Part shown: piece after piece, positions 1 to 12,479 of the stretch
Numbering within the stretch: position 1 is the stretch's first letter
Layout of the letters: each line of letters starts with the position of its first letter
Source of the DNA: Lytechinus pictus
Taxonomy: Eukaryota
Assembly (NCBI RefSeq): GCF_037042905.1
Contig: NC_087250.1
Span: 20,152,001-20,216,000 of the forward strand
Reading direction: 5' to 3'
DNA length: 64,000 nt
The notes under the pieces: generated by a model
The model's database searches: none
The model's input: the letters and a program-made list of their open reading frames with translations, nothing else
Told to the model about the DNA's origin: nothing
Made by a program: the position numbers and the translations under genes

Positions 1-837
1 CTACCGGGATCACTACTTTTGATGTCAGGTTATTCACGAACTTAGCGAAGTACCCTTAATATTTGTGACGTATTTACCTTGCAGTCGCGCACGCGCACAT
101 ACACTTAACACGTAGAAATCATGCACTTGGGTTTAATTTTATATATGCACTTGCCGGGTCGTGCATTATCTACAATGCGTTGGTTCATAAACTGGTTCCA
201 GTAAGTTTTCTCAAACACTGAAATTAGCGATCAAAATCGGTTGCTACTGCGCAATGCATTAGCAGAGATATGGCCAATATTGCCCTCTGTTTGTAGAGGA
301 TTTTTATGGGCAAAGCCCGAGGAGGGCAACATGGAAAATGTGTACCTCGTTGGTCTCGGATTGAAAGTAGCGAGCGAAATATGACTTTTAATTATCTACT
401 AAAATCCATTGTATTGTTATAAAAAGAGTGCTGTGGCCTCTGTAATAATTGCATCGATAACCTCTATAGTTTAATTCAAGCATTGTTATAATTTTATTTA
501 TTTTTAAAACTCGTCACCAAGAATTTTGAGTTTTTATATGACATATTTAAATTCATTTGTTGACATTTTAAAATTTAGATGAACAAGTAAGCAAGCATTC
601 TTTAAAAAGAAAATATATAATATTCACTAGGATAATTATTTTTAAAGTTATTATTTAATATGATATGGGATCGCATCCCAATGTTATTAGTGTTTTGTCA
701 GTGGATTGCGTATACTTTACTACGTTCACTATTTCTAGGGTAGATAGGAACACAAAGGCTTGACGGACTTCAAACTTCTGTAATCAAGGACCAATGTCTT
801 TCTCTTTCTTGTTTTCCGGGCACGGGGATGGATTTTC

Positions 838-1185
838 TTTAATAATCCGCTTTTATATAGCGCTTAATACATCGGAACGACGTGTCTAAGCGCTTTACAG
901 ATATATTATTACCCCGGTCATCGGATTCAATCAGTCATTCCCGCACATATTGTGTGCACATTCACAATTCTCTGGGGAGTATTTCAGTCAGTCGCCTGTG
1001 AGGCGGACACAGTACTGGACAAGCTACATTGACTTTTACATCCTACCGGCCCGGGTACCCATTTAGCACCTGGGTCGAGAGAGGCAAAGTGTGGATTAAC
1101 GCCTTGCCGCCAGACCGCGGTGGGATTCGAACACACGACCCTCTGTTTAAAAGGCGAGAGTCAGAACCACTACAACACGGCTCCA
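838..1185 (-). mobile_element. tRNA-derived SINE (family A)
   Basis: The minus strand has a tRNA-like head (GTAGTGG...GTTCGAATCCC boxes) and an (ATT)n-like tail. It is close to the + copy at 37903..38262. Confidence 0.8.
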
Positions 1186-1416
1186 TCTTTATTACTATAG
1201 TTGTATACCATGAATTAAAGATAACACCATTCTTAGTTCAAATACCACGATGTTAACATTCACTCCATAGCTTTGATGAAAAATATTTTAAAAAAAGACC
1301 CAGGAAAAAATCGCTATACCCTTTCAGGAAATCTGACAATAGCTACAATAGCTTACAATAAAATATTCGTATTCTTACAATAGCTTCACAGTGTATCAAC
1401 GTCACCCAAACAAACC

Positions 1417-1727
1417 GGCCCGTATTCTGATAGCAGGTTTAACTTAAACTCAGGTTTAAAGTTGTGGTTTAAGTATGGGAAGCCAAAAGTTTCAACATTT
1501 TTATTAAGTTTTATGTTTCTTATGTTTACTGTGCTCCTTCCTGATTAATCGATGGTGAAGACAATCATCTATTTATACTTCCTAGACAATTATGAATGAT
1601 TTGAGAGCCAAATGAGCTGAAGTATGATATCTCTACTGCTAGTGATTTATGTAACAATTGGCTATTCATACTTAAACCACAACTTTTCAGCCGAGTTTAA
1701 GTTAAATCTGCTATCAGAATACGGGCC
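1417..1727. mobile_element. MITE with GGCCCGTATTCTGA TIRs
   Basis: GGCCCGTATTCTGA ... TCAGAATACGGGCC; related copy at 19864..20168. Confidence 0.8.
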
Positions 1728-1867
1728 ATTCTGTTTACGAACAATGATCCATATTGCACCCTATCCCCCTCTCCCCCTCTCTCCTATTTGGGTTAAAAAA
1801 ATCATTATTAGTACTATTATTATCATTATCATGATTATATTAATTATTATCTTGATTTTTTATTATT

Positions 1868-4121
1868 TTTTCTTTCAATAATTTTATTCATCAAAATATC
1901 AACATATATACAATATTTACATACACTCAGTACATGTAATATTCATACCATGTATTCAGTAAAATACTACACTCCAAAACGCTTATAAATTACAGAAAAC
2001 TTTAACTAAGAACATCAACAAAAGTAAACAGTCAAGTGTAAAACCACCACGGTAACAAGTTAGCACCTTTGTACAAAGCCTAATTCAACGAAAACCCCCC
2101 CCCCCCCACACCGTTACTCTAAGCCATGCGATCTACTCCCTCCCTTTAAAATACCCGCTTATGAATCAAGGCTTGCACACTTGCCATTCTCTAAAATTTA
2201 TTACTTTCCCTTTAAACCCAAAGCCCCGGCCAGGACTGCCAAGGATAATGGGCCATTCAGCCAATTATGTGACATTCTTGCAATTTCTGAGATGCCATAA
2301 AAACATATTGTGAGGTCATGATAACTCACACAAAGTATATTCTAACTTTACCCCCTTCTATTGAACATAATCTTGACCCTTTTACCCACAGCTTTTCAAA
2401 CTGTCTCCTAGTTACTCTGCTAAAATCTATCTCTATTCTTACTCTTATCTCATTTTTTATTCTCAAAATTAACCCGTCATCTGTTATTCTTTCCTTCGAA
2501 AACAAAAACCCGCATCGCTTAGCCCAAATAGCATTTTTTACAACGGTAAAAACAAACCAGGTTCGAGGCCAAGTGACCACATTCAAATTTGAATTAGGGA
2601 ATCCATAAACAAACAATGATTTAACTAATGCGTGATCAAAACCTAAATGACGATTTGCAAAATCGTCGACCCAGTCAAGAATTTTACTCAAAGACTTACA
2701 TTCCCAGAACACATGAGATATATTTTCTAGTTTCCTACAAAATGGGCATTTCCCATTTGTCACTCCCCATTTGAGAAGTTTCTCACCAACTCCCAACGCC
2801 CCATGGGACACCTTCCAACAAAATGATCTTAATTTATTGCATAGCTGACGATTATTACTCATTTTCCAAACACTGTCCCATTCCCAACTTGGATCCTTAA
2901 ACCTACATTTTGGAACAAAATCTATTGTTATCAAAGAAATAACATCCTTTAGTGTTTTACAAGTGGTAACAAAATCATGCTTACGACTGTATAAATACGA
3001 TATCAGTTCATACCCCTTGCTGTAAGACCGTGAAATCTTGTCGCAAGAAGGAACTAAATTGGAATGAAACTGTGGAAACATGATTCGTAACTTACACGAC
3101 AAAAAGTAGCGCAGAAACTTATAGTTACATGACTCCGTATCTTCACCTGATAAGTGAGGGATCAAAAAAAGAACAAACGAAGCCTTTGTCTTCAGAATAA
3201 AATCATCCAAGCCAAGACCCCCTTTAGTTTTTGGTAACATTAATGTTTTTCTCGATACTAGTTCTGTCTTCCCATCCCATAAAAATGAGAAAACGACTTT
3301 TTGCAGATCCGTACATAAAATTTCACTTAGGAAATAAACCCGTGACAGGTAATAAAACAATGAATATATACATGAATTGACAATGGAAACCTTTCCAACT
3401 AAAGTCAGATGGCGCGATGACCACCATCGGATTTTCCTTTTTGCCTTTTCATACAAATCTTTTAAATAATCATTAATACTATTCTGCGAACCGAAGGGGA
3501 TTCCATTAATGATAAGTTTATCTTCCCTCCAGTCGATATTTCCCTTTAACTTCCTGCCTAAAAAACCACCTAGCTTCAGACCTTGTGTCTTGTTTAAATT
3601 TAACGAAGCACCAGTAGCTCTTTCAAAAAGGGAAAACGATCTAAAGAAATGCTCGACGTCGGTCTGTGACGTAGCAATACACGTGGCATCGTCCGCATAC
3701 TGTAAAAACTTGACTGATCTACCACTCCCTCCAGGAACATGATATCCAATTATACTTTTATTTAATCTCATGAATCGTCCAAGTGGTTCAATAAATAACA
3801 CATAGAGTAGAGGAGATAAAGGGCAACCTTGCCTTACTCCCCTATAAATTAACACATCTTTACTAAACACATTATTGATAAAAAGACGACTTTTGATATC
3901 CGTGTATAGGATTCGTACCCACTGAATAACATAAGGGCCGAAATTTAACTTTTCCAAGACCCTTAGCATAAAATCCCAATTTACCTTATCAAAAGCTTTG
4001 TGCTGATCCATGGAAATTAAAGCACAGCAGTTGTTACGAAGTTTAGAACAATCTATAATATCTCTTAACAAACATAAATTAGAGTGAATAGAACGCCCAG
4101 GAACAGAACAAGTCTGGTGCA
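1868..4121 (-). mobile_element. 5'-truncated non-LTR retrotransposon (L1/Tx1-like)
   Basis: RT ORF plus 3' UTR with AATAAA and an A-rich tail on the minus strand. Flanked by the direct repeat TTGATTTTTTATTATT (1852..1867 and 4122..4137). Confidence 0.9.
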
Positions 4122-4122
4122 T
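2326..4122 (-). CDS. LINE ORF2 fragment: reverse transcriptase plus C-terminal zf-RVT; endonuclease missing
   Basis: Motifs D..KAFDKV, GVRQGCPLSP, QYADD and C-terminal CPFC...E...HVFWEC; 598 codons uninterrupted. Confidence 0.92.
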   Translation of the reverse strand: MHQTCSVPGRSIHSNLCLLRDIIDCSKLRNNCCALISMDQHKAFDKVNWDFMLRVLEKLNFGPYVIQWVRILYTDIKSRLFINNVFSKDVLIYRGVRQGCPLSPLLYVLFIEPLGRFMRLNKSIIGYHVPGGSGRSVKFLQYADDATCIATSQTDVEHFFRSFSLFERATGASLNLNKTQGLKLGGFLGRKLKGNIDWREDKLIINGIPFGSQNSINDYLKDLYEKAKRKIRWWSSRHLTLVGKVSIVNSCIYSLFYYLSRVYFLSEILCTDLQKVVFSFLWDGKTELVSRKTLMLPKTKGGLGLDDFILKTKASFVLFLIPHLSGEDTESCNYKFLRYFLSCKLRIMFPQFHSNLVPSCDKISRSYSKGYELISYLYSRKHDFVTTCKTLKDVISLITIDFVPKCRFKDPSWEWDSVWKMSNNRQLCNKLRSFCWKVSHGALGVGEKLLKWGVTNGKCPFCRKLENISHVFWECKSLSKILDWVDDFANRHLGFDHALVKSLFVYGFPNSNLNVVTWPRTWFVFTVVKNAIWAKRCGFLFSKERITDDGLILRIKNEIRVRIEIDFSRVTRRQFEKLWVKGSRLCSIEGGKVRIYFV

Positions 4123-5228
4123 TGATTTTTTATTATTAGTATAGTTGCTTTAGCTTTGTCATTTTTCCCTGCCAAATTATTTATCTCTTCTTTCTTTTCT
4201 TTTAATTACAAGTATAAACCATAGAACACAGTGAGCATAGAAACACCAGTAGTAAGCGCCTTATAAATGTTATATATTATTATTATTGTTATCATTACTC
4301 GATGGAAATGCATTGCAGTGAAAATATATATGCATTAAAATTTGTTCGTTGTAAAATCTTATTTATCCTGGATTGTTGAAGCAGGTAGTTATCTCTGGGA
4401 TTATTTGTGTTAACACACTACACAAAAATAAAGATAGCAAATATCATGTGATCGATTATATAGTATTTCATGAACCTTTTTCATGGAAAAATATGCAAAC
4501 GCCAATTTTTTAGAGAATTGTTTTAAATGAATTGCAGTGTTTTTCCATTCCAGTACCCTCAAATTTAATAAAAAAAGTCTGCATTTAAGAAATTTCACCC
4601 TATAAAATATTATGAATAAAGATTAATAGGCGGACAATTTTAAAGTAGAATATATTTTGTATATGAAAGAAACTCAATAACCCCTGCCCAACGATCGACA
4701 TACCTAAATATCAGATTTTTAAAAATTAACTTTGGCAGACCAGAAATGTTTTACTTTGGTCTAATGACTTTCTCTTGTTGCCTTTCCTATGGATACCGCA
4801 ATATGTTCTCACTCGACTTTATTTTTATTTTTACAGGAAAGGCTCGGGAAAAGAAAAAAAAATCCAGGATATCAGAAAATTACAATCAAACAGCAGATAA
4901 ACATAGCAACTTTTCATATTCAAGTTATATTTAAAGATTTTTGTTTACCTCGATACGGAGTTTAAAATTTTCCGCTCGCATTTCTCAATTTTGTTCCAAT
5001 TTCATAAGAGGGCGTGAACAAATAATGCTAATTTCCTTGATTCGAAGTATTATTGCCCGATTATGTTCAAAATCAAACTTGAAAATTTCAGGAAATCTCT
5101 ATGAATTTGGGAAAAGATTTTAATCAGTTTCGGGAAATTTATTTTTATCTGTGGAAACACTGTGATATCGGAACGGGCGTTAATCCCCATGAATTGAAGG
5201 TTACACAGCCATTCACTCTGCTGTGATG

Positions 5229-5532
5229 TAATAATAATAATAATAATAATAATAAAAGTAAGTTCTTGTACAGCGCATAACACATTATGAATAACGTCTC
5301 TATGCGCTTCCAAAGGACTTGGATACTATTACCCCGGCTGTAGCTCAAGCAGCTAGCTTCCATCGCACGGCATTTGAAGGAATAAATTCCTGCCAGGTAC
5401 CCATTCACCTCACCTGGGTTGAGTGCAGCACAATGTGGATAAATTTCTCGCTGAAGGAAACTACGCCATGGCTGGAATTTGAACCCACGACCCTCTGTAT
5501 CAAAGTTCAGAGACTAATCCTCTGGGCCACAT
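5229..5532 (-). mobile_element. tRNA-derived SINE (family B)
   Basis: The reverse complement matches 21938..22212 and 54887..55162 (CCCAGGTGAGGTGAATGGGTACC core, (ATT)n tail). Confidence 0.8.
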
Positions 5533-5584
5533 GTGGAAATCTGAACATTTCTTCAGATCACTCACGATGTTTCAACTTCACCTG

Positions 5585-5741
5585 GGGAGCGTTTCATGAA
5601 AGGACTTGTCGGACGTTTTATCCGACAAGTACTGTTTTATCCGACAGCTACTATGGTAACAGTGACTCTCAGCCAATCATTATCAAGGAAAGTTGTCAGA
5701 TCTGACAACTTGTCGGACGAAAATGTTGATGAAACGCTCCC
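5585..5741. mobile_element. Harbinger-like MITE (GGGAGCGTTTCAT TIR, CWG target)
   Basis: TIR GGGAGCGTTTCAT/ATGAAACGCTCCC; further copies at 8907..9063 and 11160..11316. Confidence 0.8.
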
Positions 5742-7654
5742 CAGTAAAAACATTCTTGCGAATAATGATCACTATTTGCTCTCTCTCTCGCTCTCTCTCT
5801 TTCAAGTTTTCTCTCTTATGTTAGTTAGAAATCATCATGACTTTTATTATTATTTATCATTTGATAGAAATTCATGGCAGTGAAAAATATATGCCTTGCA
5901 ATTTGTTTGAGGTAAACCTTATTTTCCTGTAGCATAGAAACTTCGGTTATTTATGATTAAACACAACGCACAAGACAGGGACCTTTTATGTAATCGATTA
6001 TATAATTTCTATTGACTTATTCTTTTAATAAATACCCACACAATTTTTAGAATAAAGTTTTAACGCAATACATTTCTTTAGATTTTAAAAAAATCACGAA
6101 ATATTGCACTATGACATATACTTAAATAAGATTTATAGGCAACAATATCTTTAACCAGAATAATGTGTACAAAATAAATTATATATTAAACATGTGTCTT
6201 CCTATTAATTAATACATTAAAAAATTAAAACATCAAATTTTGGCGGACCAGAAATTATGATTTACATGGTCTGAAGTCAATTTCTTAAGAACTTCCTCCA
6301 ATCACTCGACGGACACATGGGGATGGAAAGAGTATATTGATTCTTTCACCATGAACTAAAGAAAACACCATTCTTGCTTCAAATACCACATGCTACCGTT
6401 CACTTCATGTCTTTGATGTGAGATCAAATTTAAGAAAATGAAGAAAATTGTTTTATCATTCCCATGATTCCAGGAAACCTGAAAATTATTTAGATCACCC
6501 ACGCTGTTGCAACGTCACCCAAACAAACTCTGTTTACGAATAAGGATCTTTATTTGTACCCTCCTTTACTCTTCTTTCTCCCCTTCCCCTCTCTCATATT
6601 ACTTAAAAACCACAGTTACATTTTCCATAGCATTTAAAATTTATCAGCTTTATTTTCGTTTTCTTATAGAATCTTTGGGCCGATGTCATTTATTGATTTC
6701 CCATGTTTATTTTTTGTTTATTTTGTTTGTGACCATAATCGTTATTATTGTTGTTGTTGTTATTGAATCTCATTGCAGTGAACAAATAGTTTGTTTGAGG
6801 TAAAACCTTATTTCCTGCATACTAAGAAATTCGGGTTCAATTTTCCACCCCTGGGGGTGCACAGGCTTGTCCCTTTACGAGTTCCCCTTGCGGTGCACAC
6901 GTACACCCCGAATAGGGGTGTACAGTGTGCACCCCTATTAGAGGTGTCCATCTGCACCTTAGAGGGCGTACACGTATACCCCTTAGGGTGCATCAAAAAA
7001 AATAATGTACCCCCACCTAAAATAACAAAAGATTGTCGAGACTTCCGGCCCATTCACTTTCAGTAAATTGAGTGATGCCAATTTTAGGTGGATTTTTTTT
7101 TAAAATTATTGTTAATGAAATATCGATGTACAATGTTATCTGCCTTATCTACTTCAAAAATAAATGCAATGAAATCAAATGATAAAAAAAAATTGTAGTT
7201 CGTTATTGTGTATTCACATGCCTTGTATGAGGAATGTCTATTTGAAAATTATTTAGGGGTATTCATACTGTGGTTTATTCGGGGTAGGCTTATGCCTTTC
7301 TAGAGTTATTTCTCTAAAACACAAGGCCTACTTGATGATCTGCTTACCCTATTTATGAATTGAAATCAGAATACCATGGGGGGGGGGTCGTGGTCTAGGT
7401 TACGGTTCTCGTCTTCAATCAGAGGGACGTGGGTTCAAATCTCAACCATGACGTATTTTCTTTCAGCAAATGTATTATTTACCTGTTGCACTTGACGCGG
7501 GTGAGGTAAATGGTTAACCGGTCCACACTTAAAATGTTGGGCAACACACTGTCCACGGTAATGTATGTTGGTATAAATATATATATATATATTGGCGAAG
7601 AAGCTCAAAAAGCATTGAAGCTAGAGACGTAGCCTGGATTTCATCAACTTTTAT

Positions 7655-7700
7655 TGGTACAAGCTTTCGGCCATTTAGTTGGGCCTTCTTCAGGTATCTG
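7655..7700 (-). ncRNA. Minimal hammerhead-ribozyme-like motif of a Penelope-type repeat end
   Basis: The minus strand reads UAC-CUGAAGA-A-GGCC-loop-GGCC-GAAAGCUU-GUA, followed by AATAAA. Confidence 0.55.
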
Positions 7701-7958
7701 ATGATGTAAAAGACATAATGGCTTTACAATTACCATGCATATATTTGGATTAATTTACTAAATATAGGTATATCTTAAAAGAAAATGTTTTACATCGGTA
7801 ATGTTTAATTAGGATTATCCAATAGCTATCAAAATCAATTAAGTTTACGCAGATTTTTATTACAAACATTTTTTTGAAAGTATGTAGACATATTGTGTTA
7901 TGTGTGCTGTATAATACATATATCCCAAAATGTATAATAATACATTATTATACATTTT

Positions 7959-7961
<3 letters not shown>

Positions 7962-8029
<68 letters not shown>

Positions 8030-8062
8030 TTATATATAGAAATATATGTATATATATATATA
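7962..8062. repeat. (TA)n microsatellite
   Basis: Directly visible. Confidence 0.95.
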
Positions 8063-8906
8063 TTCTGGGCAATTATTATCCAATTGAGTAAAATTATTAC
8101 CCAATTATTTTTTACAACCCAATTTGGGAGATTTTAACCAAAAGTTGCGTGGACATGTTGCGTGGGTATGTTGCCAGGGTTGGTTAAAAGTTGGGCATTT
8201 TTTTGCCCAACTGTTTTAAGAGTGTAGGATTTATATCTTGAATGCTTTAGCGCCTATATGTGGCGGCTCAGCTAAAGCCAGGGTAATGATTCCAATTATC
8301 AAGCGCAGTAGACTAGAGTAACTGCGCTATAAAAATGGACCACAACACTTATTATAAAATGTTAAAAATCCTGTGTCCATTTTGTACTGATTAACCTCGT
8401 ATTTTTATGTCTATTTTCCTCTGGCTGAGAAATTGATACCCAGAGAGAGTGTATGCGCGAATTAATTTTACTTCTTGGTCACATTATTTTTAAAAAGGGC
8501 ATATATCATAGGTCAATGCCCTGTATCTATCTGACTAATAAATACCTAATTACCCATAATCCTCATTAAATAAGTTTACTGGACCAAACAAGATTATGTA
8601 TCCCATCTTACGCAAACATCAAAGCAATATTGACTGGCCTCGGGGCGATACGACATATATCGCCCAAACTAGATTTATATCGCCCGAGACGTAGATGAGG
8701 GTGATATCAATTTAGTGAGGGCGATATATGTCCTTTCGCCCCCAGGCCAGTCAATATTGCTATTATTACCAAATCAGACATCAAGAGCAAAAATCGTTAA
8801 ATTTTAGATATTTTAGAGTTTAAGAATGGGAATCTATTTTGTCATGTTGAGCAGACTGGGTCTCTGAATTTTACCATTGTGACGTAATTGACATGACGCG
8901 TCCCTG

Positions 8907-9063
8907 GGGAGCGTTTCATCAAGATTTTTGTCCGACAAGTTGTCAGATCTGACATCTTTCCTTGATTTTGATTGGCTGTGAGGCACTGTTACTATGGTAA
9001 CTGTCGGATAAAACAGGACTTGTCGGATAAAACGTCTGACAAGTCCTTCCATGAAACGCTCCC
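8907..9063. mobile_element. Harbinger-like MITE
   Basis: Same TIR as 5585..5741; perfect CTG TSD. Confidence 0.85.
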
Positions 9064-9574
9064 CTGGCCTAGGGACGCAGGATCCAGCGTTATCCCAACT
9101 TGATTAGCATTGTGACGTATAGCACTGCGCGGTCCAAGGCCGCGTACAAAAGCGCGTAGGCTACCCGGATGTTAGCTCTGCCTTATTGCCCGCTACATTT
9201 CCACGCATTTTCTCATTGACTTTCCTGAGCGGGAAATAAATTTGTCCGTGGTTAAACAAATGGAAATTTATTGACCGACAACTTGATCCCAGTCTTAAGC
9301 AGGCAATAATGTAATACATTTGCCTTGCTCAGATGTCTGATACGGTTAATAATTATATAATATTGACTGGCATAGAATGAGATACAAACCTATATTGCCC
9401 GATGTGAATCCAATATTGCCCAAGCCGAAGGCGCGGGCAATATTGGATGCAGAGAGGGAGATATAGGTTTGTGTCTCATTCTATGCCAGTTAATATTATT
9501 ATTATTACCTATATAGTAAATTGATTAAAAAGATTTCCCCAAAATCTGTGTTGATAAATTCCCCTAAAATCTGA

Positions 9575-9740
9575 CACATAAAATTTCCCCAAAATCTTTC
9601 CAAGGGTCTCTTTATCCAGTGTCTCGAAATCGCCCAGAAGAGATTTTTCAAGCAGATATTCACGGATAACAGCAACGACCTGTTTCGTAGACTTTTTAGC
9701 ATTTTCAGCATCTTTGTTTGTCACTACTATTTTCAAAATC
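9575..9740 (-). pseudogene. Crypton/DUF3504-associated N-terminal remnant inside a probable non-autonomous Crypton-like element (about 8620..10110)
   Basis: DAENAKKSTKQVVAVIREYLLEK...DFETLDKETLGKILGKFY resembles the N(T)KKST..AV..F..YL...DF....L...L..FY segment of Crypton tyrosine recombinases. CAATATTGACTGGC palindromes flank it. Confidence 0.55.
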
Positions 9741-10476
9741 GTCAGCACCATAACTAGCGAATCTCTTAGAAGTAGCCATTTTCTCACGTCACATACCGGT
9801 ACACACTGCGCATACACATAGTTATTGGTCTATGTGCATGGCATGCATCGCACTATGCGCTGCGCTGTATATAGAGCCGCGCTGCGCTACAACTGCGGTC
9901 TCTTCACAAACTGGTTCCAGCCGGATGTCGCGAATATTGCCCGATGTTAAACTTACACACAAAGTCAATGGGAAAACCCGAAAGAGAGAAAATACGGCAC
10001 GATATTGACCGCTGCGAAATCAGAGAAAGCAAAATATGGATAATGATTGCCACGGAGAAACACTTCGTATAGGTAATAATATACAACATTGCCCTGCCAT
10101 ACAATCATATCGGTTCTGATCTCCGTAAATAGAATTATGTTACAAAGCATGCCATTAAATAATAACAGGTATATTTTTTATGCTGCACTAAAAAAAACCA
10201 TGGCATTTTAAGTAAAAAAAAAGAATCAATGATGCAGAGGAAATGAATTTTAAAGGTAAAGGAGGATATAAAGGTTTTCAGAACTACCACCACTATATCG
10301 TTCTAAAAAAGCCTGTATAATTTTTTTTCATAATAAAAAACGCATCAGAATTTAGATGGAGATCACTCCACTGGCGTAAATCCGTGTTGATGGGTGGGGG
10401 GGATGACTGAAATATTTTGGCATTTTTTTGCAATCATGTTTTTAGATATGCAAGGAATTGTCATTGATATGTCCAC

Positions 10477-11600
10477 AGTGGCGTATCGTGGGTCACGGCA
10501 TTGGGGGGGCACCATCAAAATTGTTGAATCACCGAGTGAGTGCGCTAATGAGCGCGCGAAGCGCGCTAAGTTGCCTGTGATACTGACCTAATAGAGACAT
10601 TTTAAGGACAACGTCATTAAACGGGTATATATCTCACTGATCAAATAATGCGAGCGCGAAGCGCGAGCTGAATTTTTTTCATATTCACACCTAAAAAGGG
10701 ACATTATAATCAAATTTGTGTAATCATGATATGTACCTGTCTAGCTAAACAATGCGAGCGCGATGTGCGAGCTGAAAATTTAGATAATTCAGACCTGAAG
10801 TGGGGCATTCTAAGGTTTCTTTGTAGGAATTAACTAGGACCATACGTATTTCATTAAACAAATGATGCGAGCGCGAAGCGCGAGCTCAAAATTTTTGATA
10901 TATTCAGTTCAGAAGAAGGGACATTTTAAGGACTGATTTTAGGAATTCATTAAGAGCAGACATATCTCACCAATCCACTAATGCGAACGTAATCACGGAA
11001 AGGAAATGTTTCATATATACGAAGACCTTAACATGGAGCAATCACTTTTTTAGTCATGAAAAAGAAGCATATGTCACTACATAAAACAATGATAACTCAA
11101 GTGCTAGGAAATATATTTGGTTTATATTGACTTGAAAACGGGATGTTTTAGTACAACAGGGGAGTGTTTCATCAATATTTTCATCCGACAAGTTGTCAGA
11201 TCTGACATCTTTCTCTGATGTTGATTGGCTGAGAGGTACTGTTACTATGGTAACTGTCGGATAAAATGGGACTTGTCGGATAAAACGTCCGACAAGTCCT
11301 TTCATGAAACGCTCCCCTGCATGATTATATATCTCGTTAAACAGACAATGCGAGCACCAGGAACAATGAAGACGTATGCCCTGGGCAAATTATGTTTCAT
11401 AAAATTATGATAAAAATGTTTCTTATGTATAATGTAACATAACATAATTATAATATAATATAACATTATAATGAATAATATTTTCTTCTTTCCCACTACG
11501 TTTCTCTTCCTTTCTCCCTCTTTTCTCCTTTTCCCCCTTTCCCCGTTTTTTTTTGGTCAGCCGTTTCGAGGAGGGGGGATGGCCTGTACAAACATCCCCC
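10477..11600. repeat. CAGTGGCG-terminal interspersed repeat with a degenerate internal tandem (GCGAGCGCGAAGCGCGAGC)
   Basis: The motif recurs about every 100-120 bp; related arrays at 36425..37020 and 59940..60860. Confidence 0.55.
11160..11316. mobile_element. Harbinger-like MITE
   Basis: Third copy of the GGGAGCGTTTCAT family, with CAG/CTG flanks. Confidence 0.8.
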
Positions 11601-12479
11601 CCCCCCCACTTTTTACGAAATAAATTGAAAAAAAATCACAAGAGATAATTGTTTTATTGGTGAAAATTCTTCCCAAAATACCGCTTAACAAATAAAACAA
11701 TATTATTGAATTATAAAATGCAAATAAAGACCCAGTTCACCATTTCCAAACGAAATACTTATGTCCTTATTATAACATTGAAGAGAAACCTCCGTTTCTT
11801 CCAATTCATCAATGTTGGGGTCTTTGGGAAGGGAATAAGATGGAATGTCAATTTTTTTTTTATGTAATCTATAATAAAACCATTAAACCATCATGGGGTA
11901 AAACAGATAATAATATTGGAGGGGTATTTGCCATATGGACATACAGTGGCGTAACTACGGGGGGCATGGGGGCACACCCCCCCCCCCCATCGGCTGACCA
12001 AAAAAAAACGGGGAAAGGGGGAAAAGAAGCGGGCCGAAGCCCAGGACTCGCCCGTGTATTAGTTACTTAGGCAGAGCCAGAGGTAACCCAGAGAGCTCCC
12101 GCCCGCGCAGCGGGCGGGAGCCCAGAAGCTTACCGTGTATTTTACCATTGTCACCGGACTAGGGTGATTTATGGTCTAAATATTTCTCCAAATGAATTGT
12201 GAAAACGGAAAGTATACAATTACCACGATTATATGGATGAAGGTCTAACGAGTGGCAGATTCCTGACATCTGGGCACAGTCTGGAACCTCAAAAAAACGA
12301 AAAGTTCTCTCCTTCTACCCAGTCTCGATCGGCCATGTCTGCGCACCCGTTCACTTTGCTCACGATTCTGATATTTTTATGAGAAAGGCTGCATTTTGAG
12401 GCCTTCACATCATCACATGAAATGCCCAAATTCATTATTTTTCTAACATTTTGAGTCAGATTTTTTAATGAATATCTGT

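Larger units (their letters stand above)
7524..8224. mobile_element. Non-autonomous CAC-terminal (EnSpm/CACTA-like) element
   Basis: CACACTTAAAATGTTGGGCAA ... TTGCCCAACTGTTTTAAGAGTG imperfect TIRs. Contains a (TA)n tract and a Penelope-like fragment. Confidence 0.65.
7386..8335 (+). mobile_element. Family B SINE split by a later insertion
   Basis: The head at 7386..7523 and the tail at 8225..8335 join into a family B SINE when 7524..8224 is removed. Confidence 0.7.

Noticed and set aside
1..400. CpG-richer patch with a possible minus-strand donor near 73..78
   Set aside because: Could be a first exon of a gene outside the window, but the evidence is too thin.
6808..7066. Overlapping ORFs in a GC-rich patch
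   Set aside because: Short palindromic CACCC/GGGTG repeats, probably a transposon end whose partner I could not locate.
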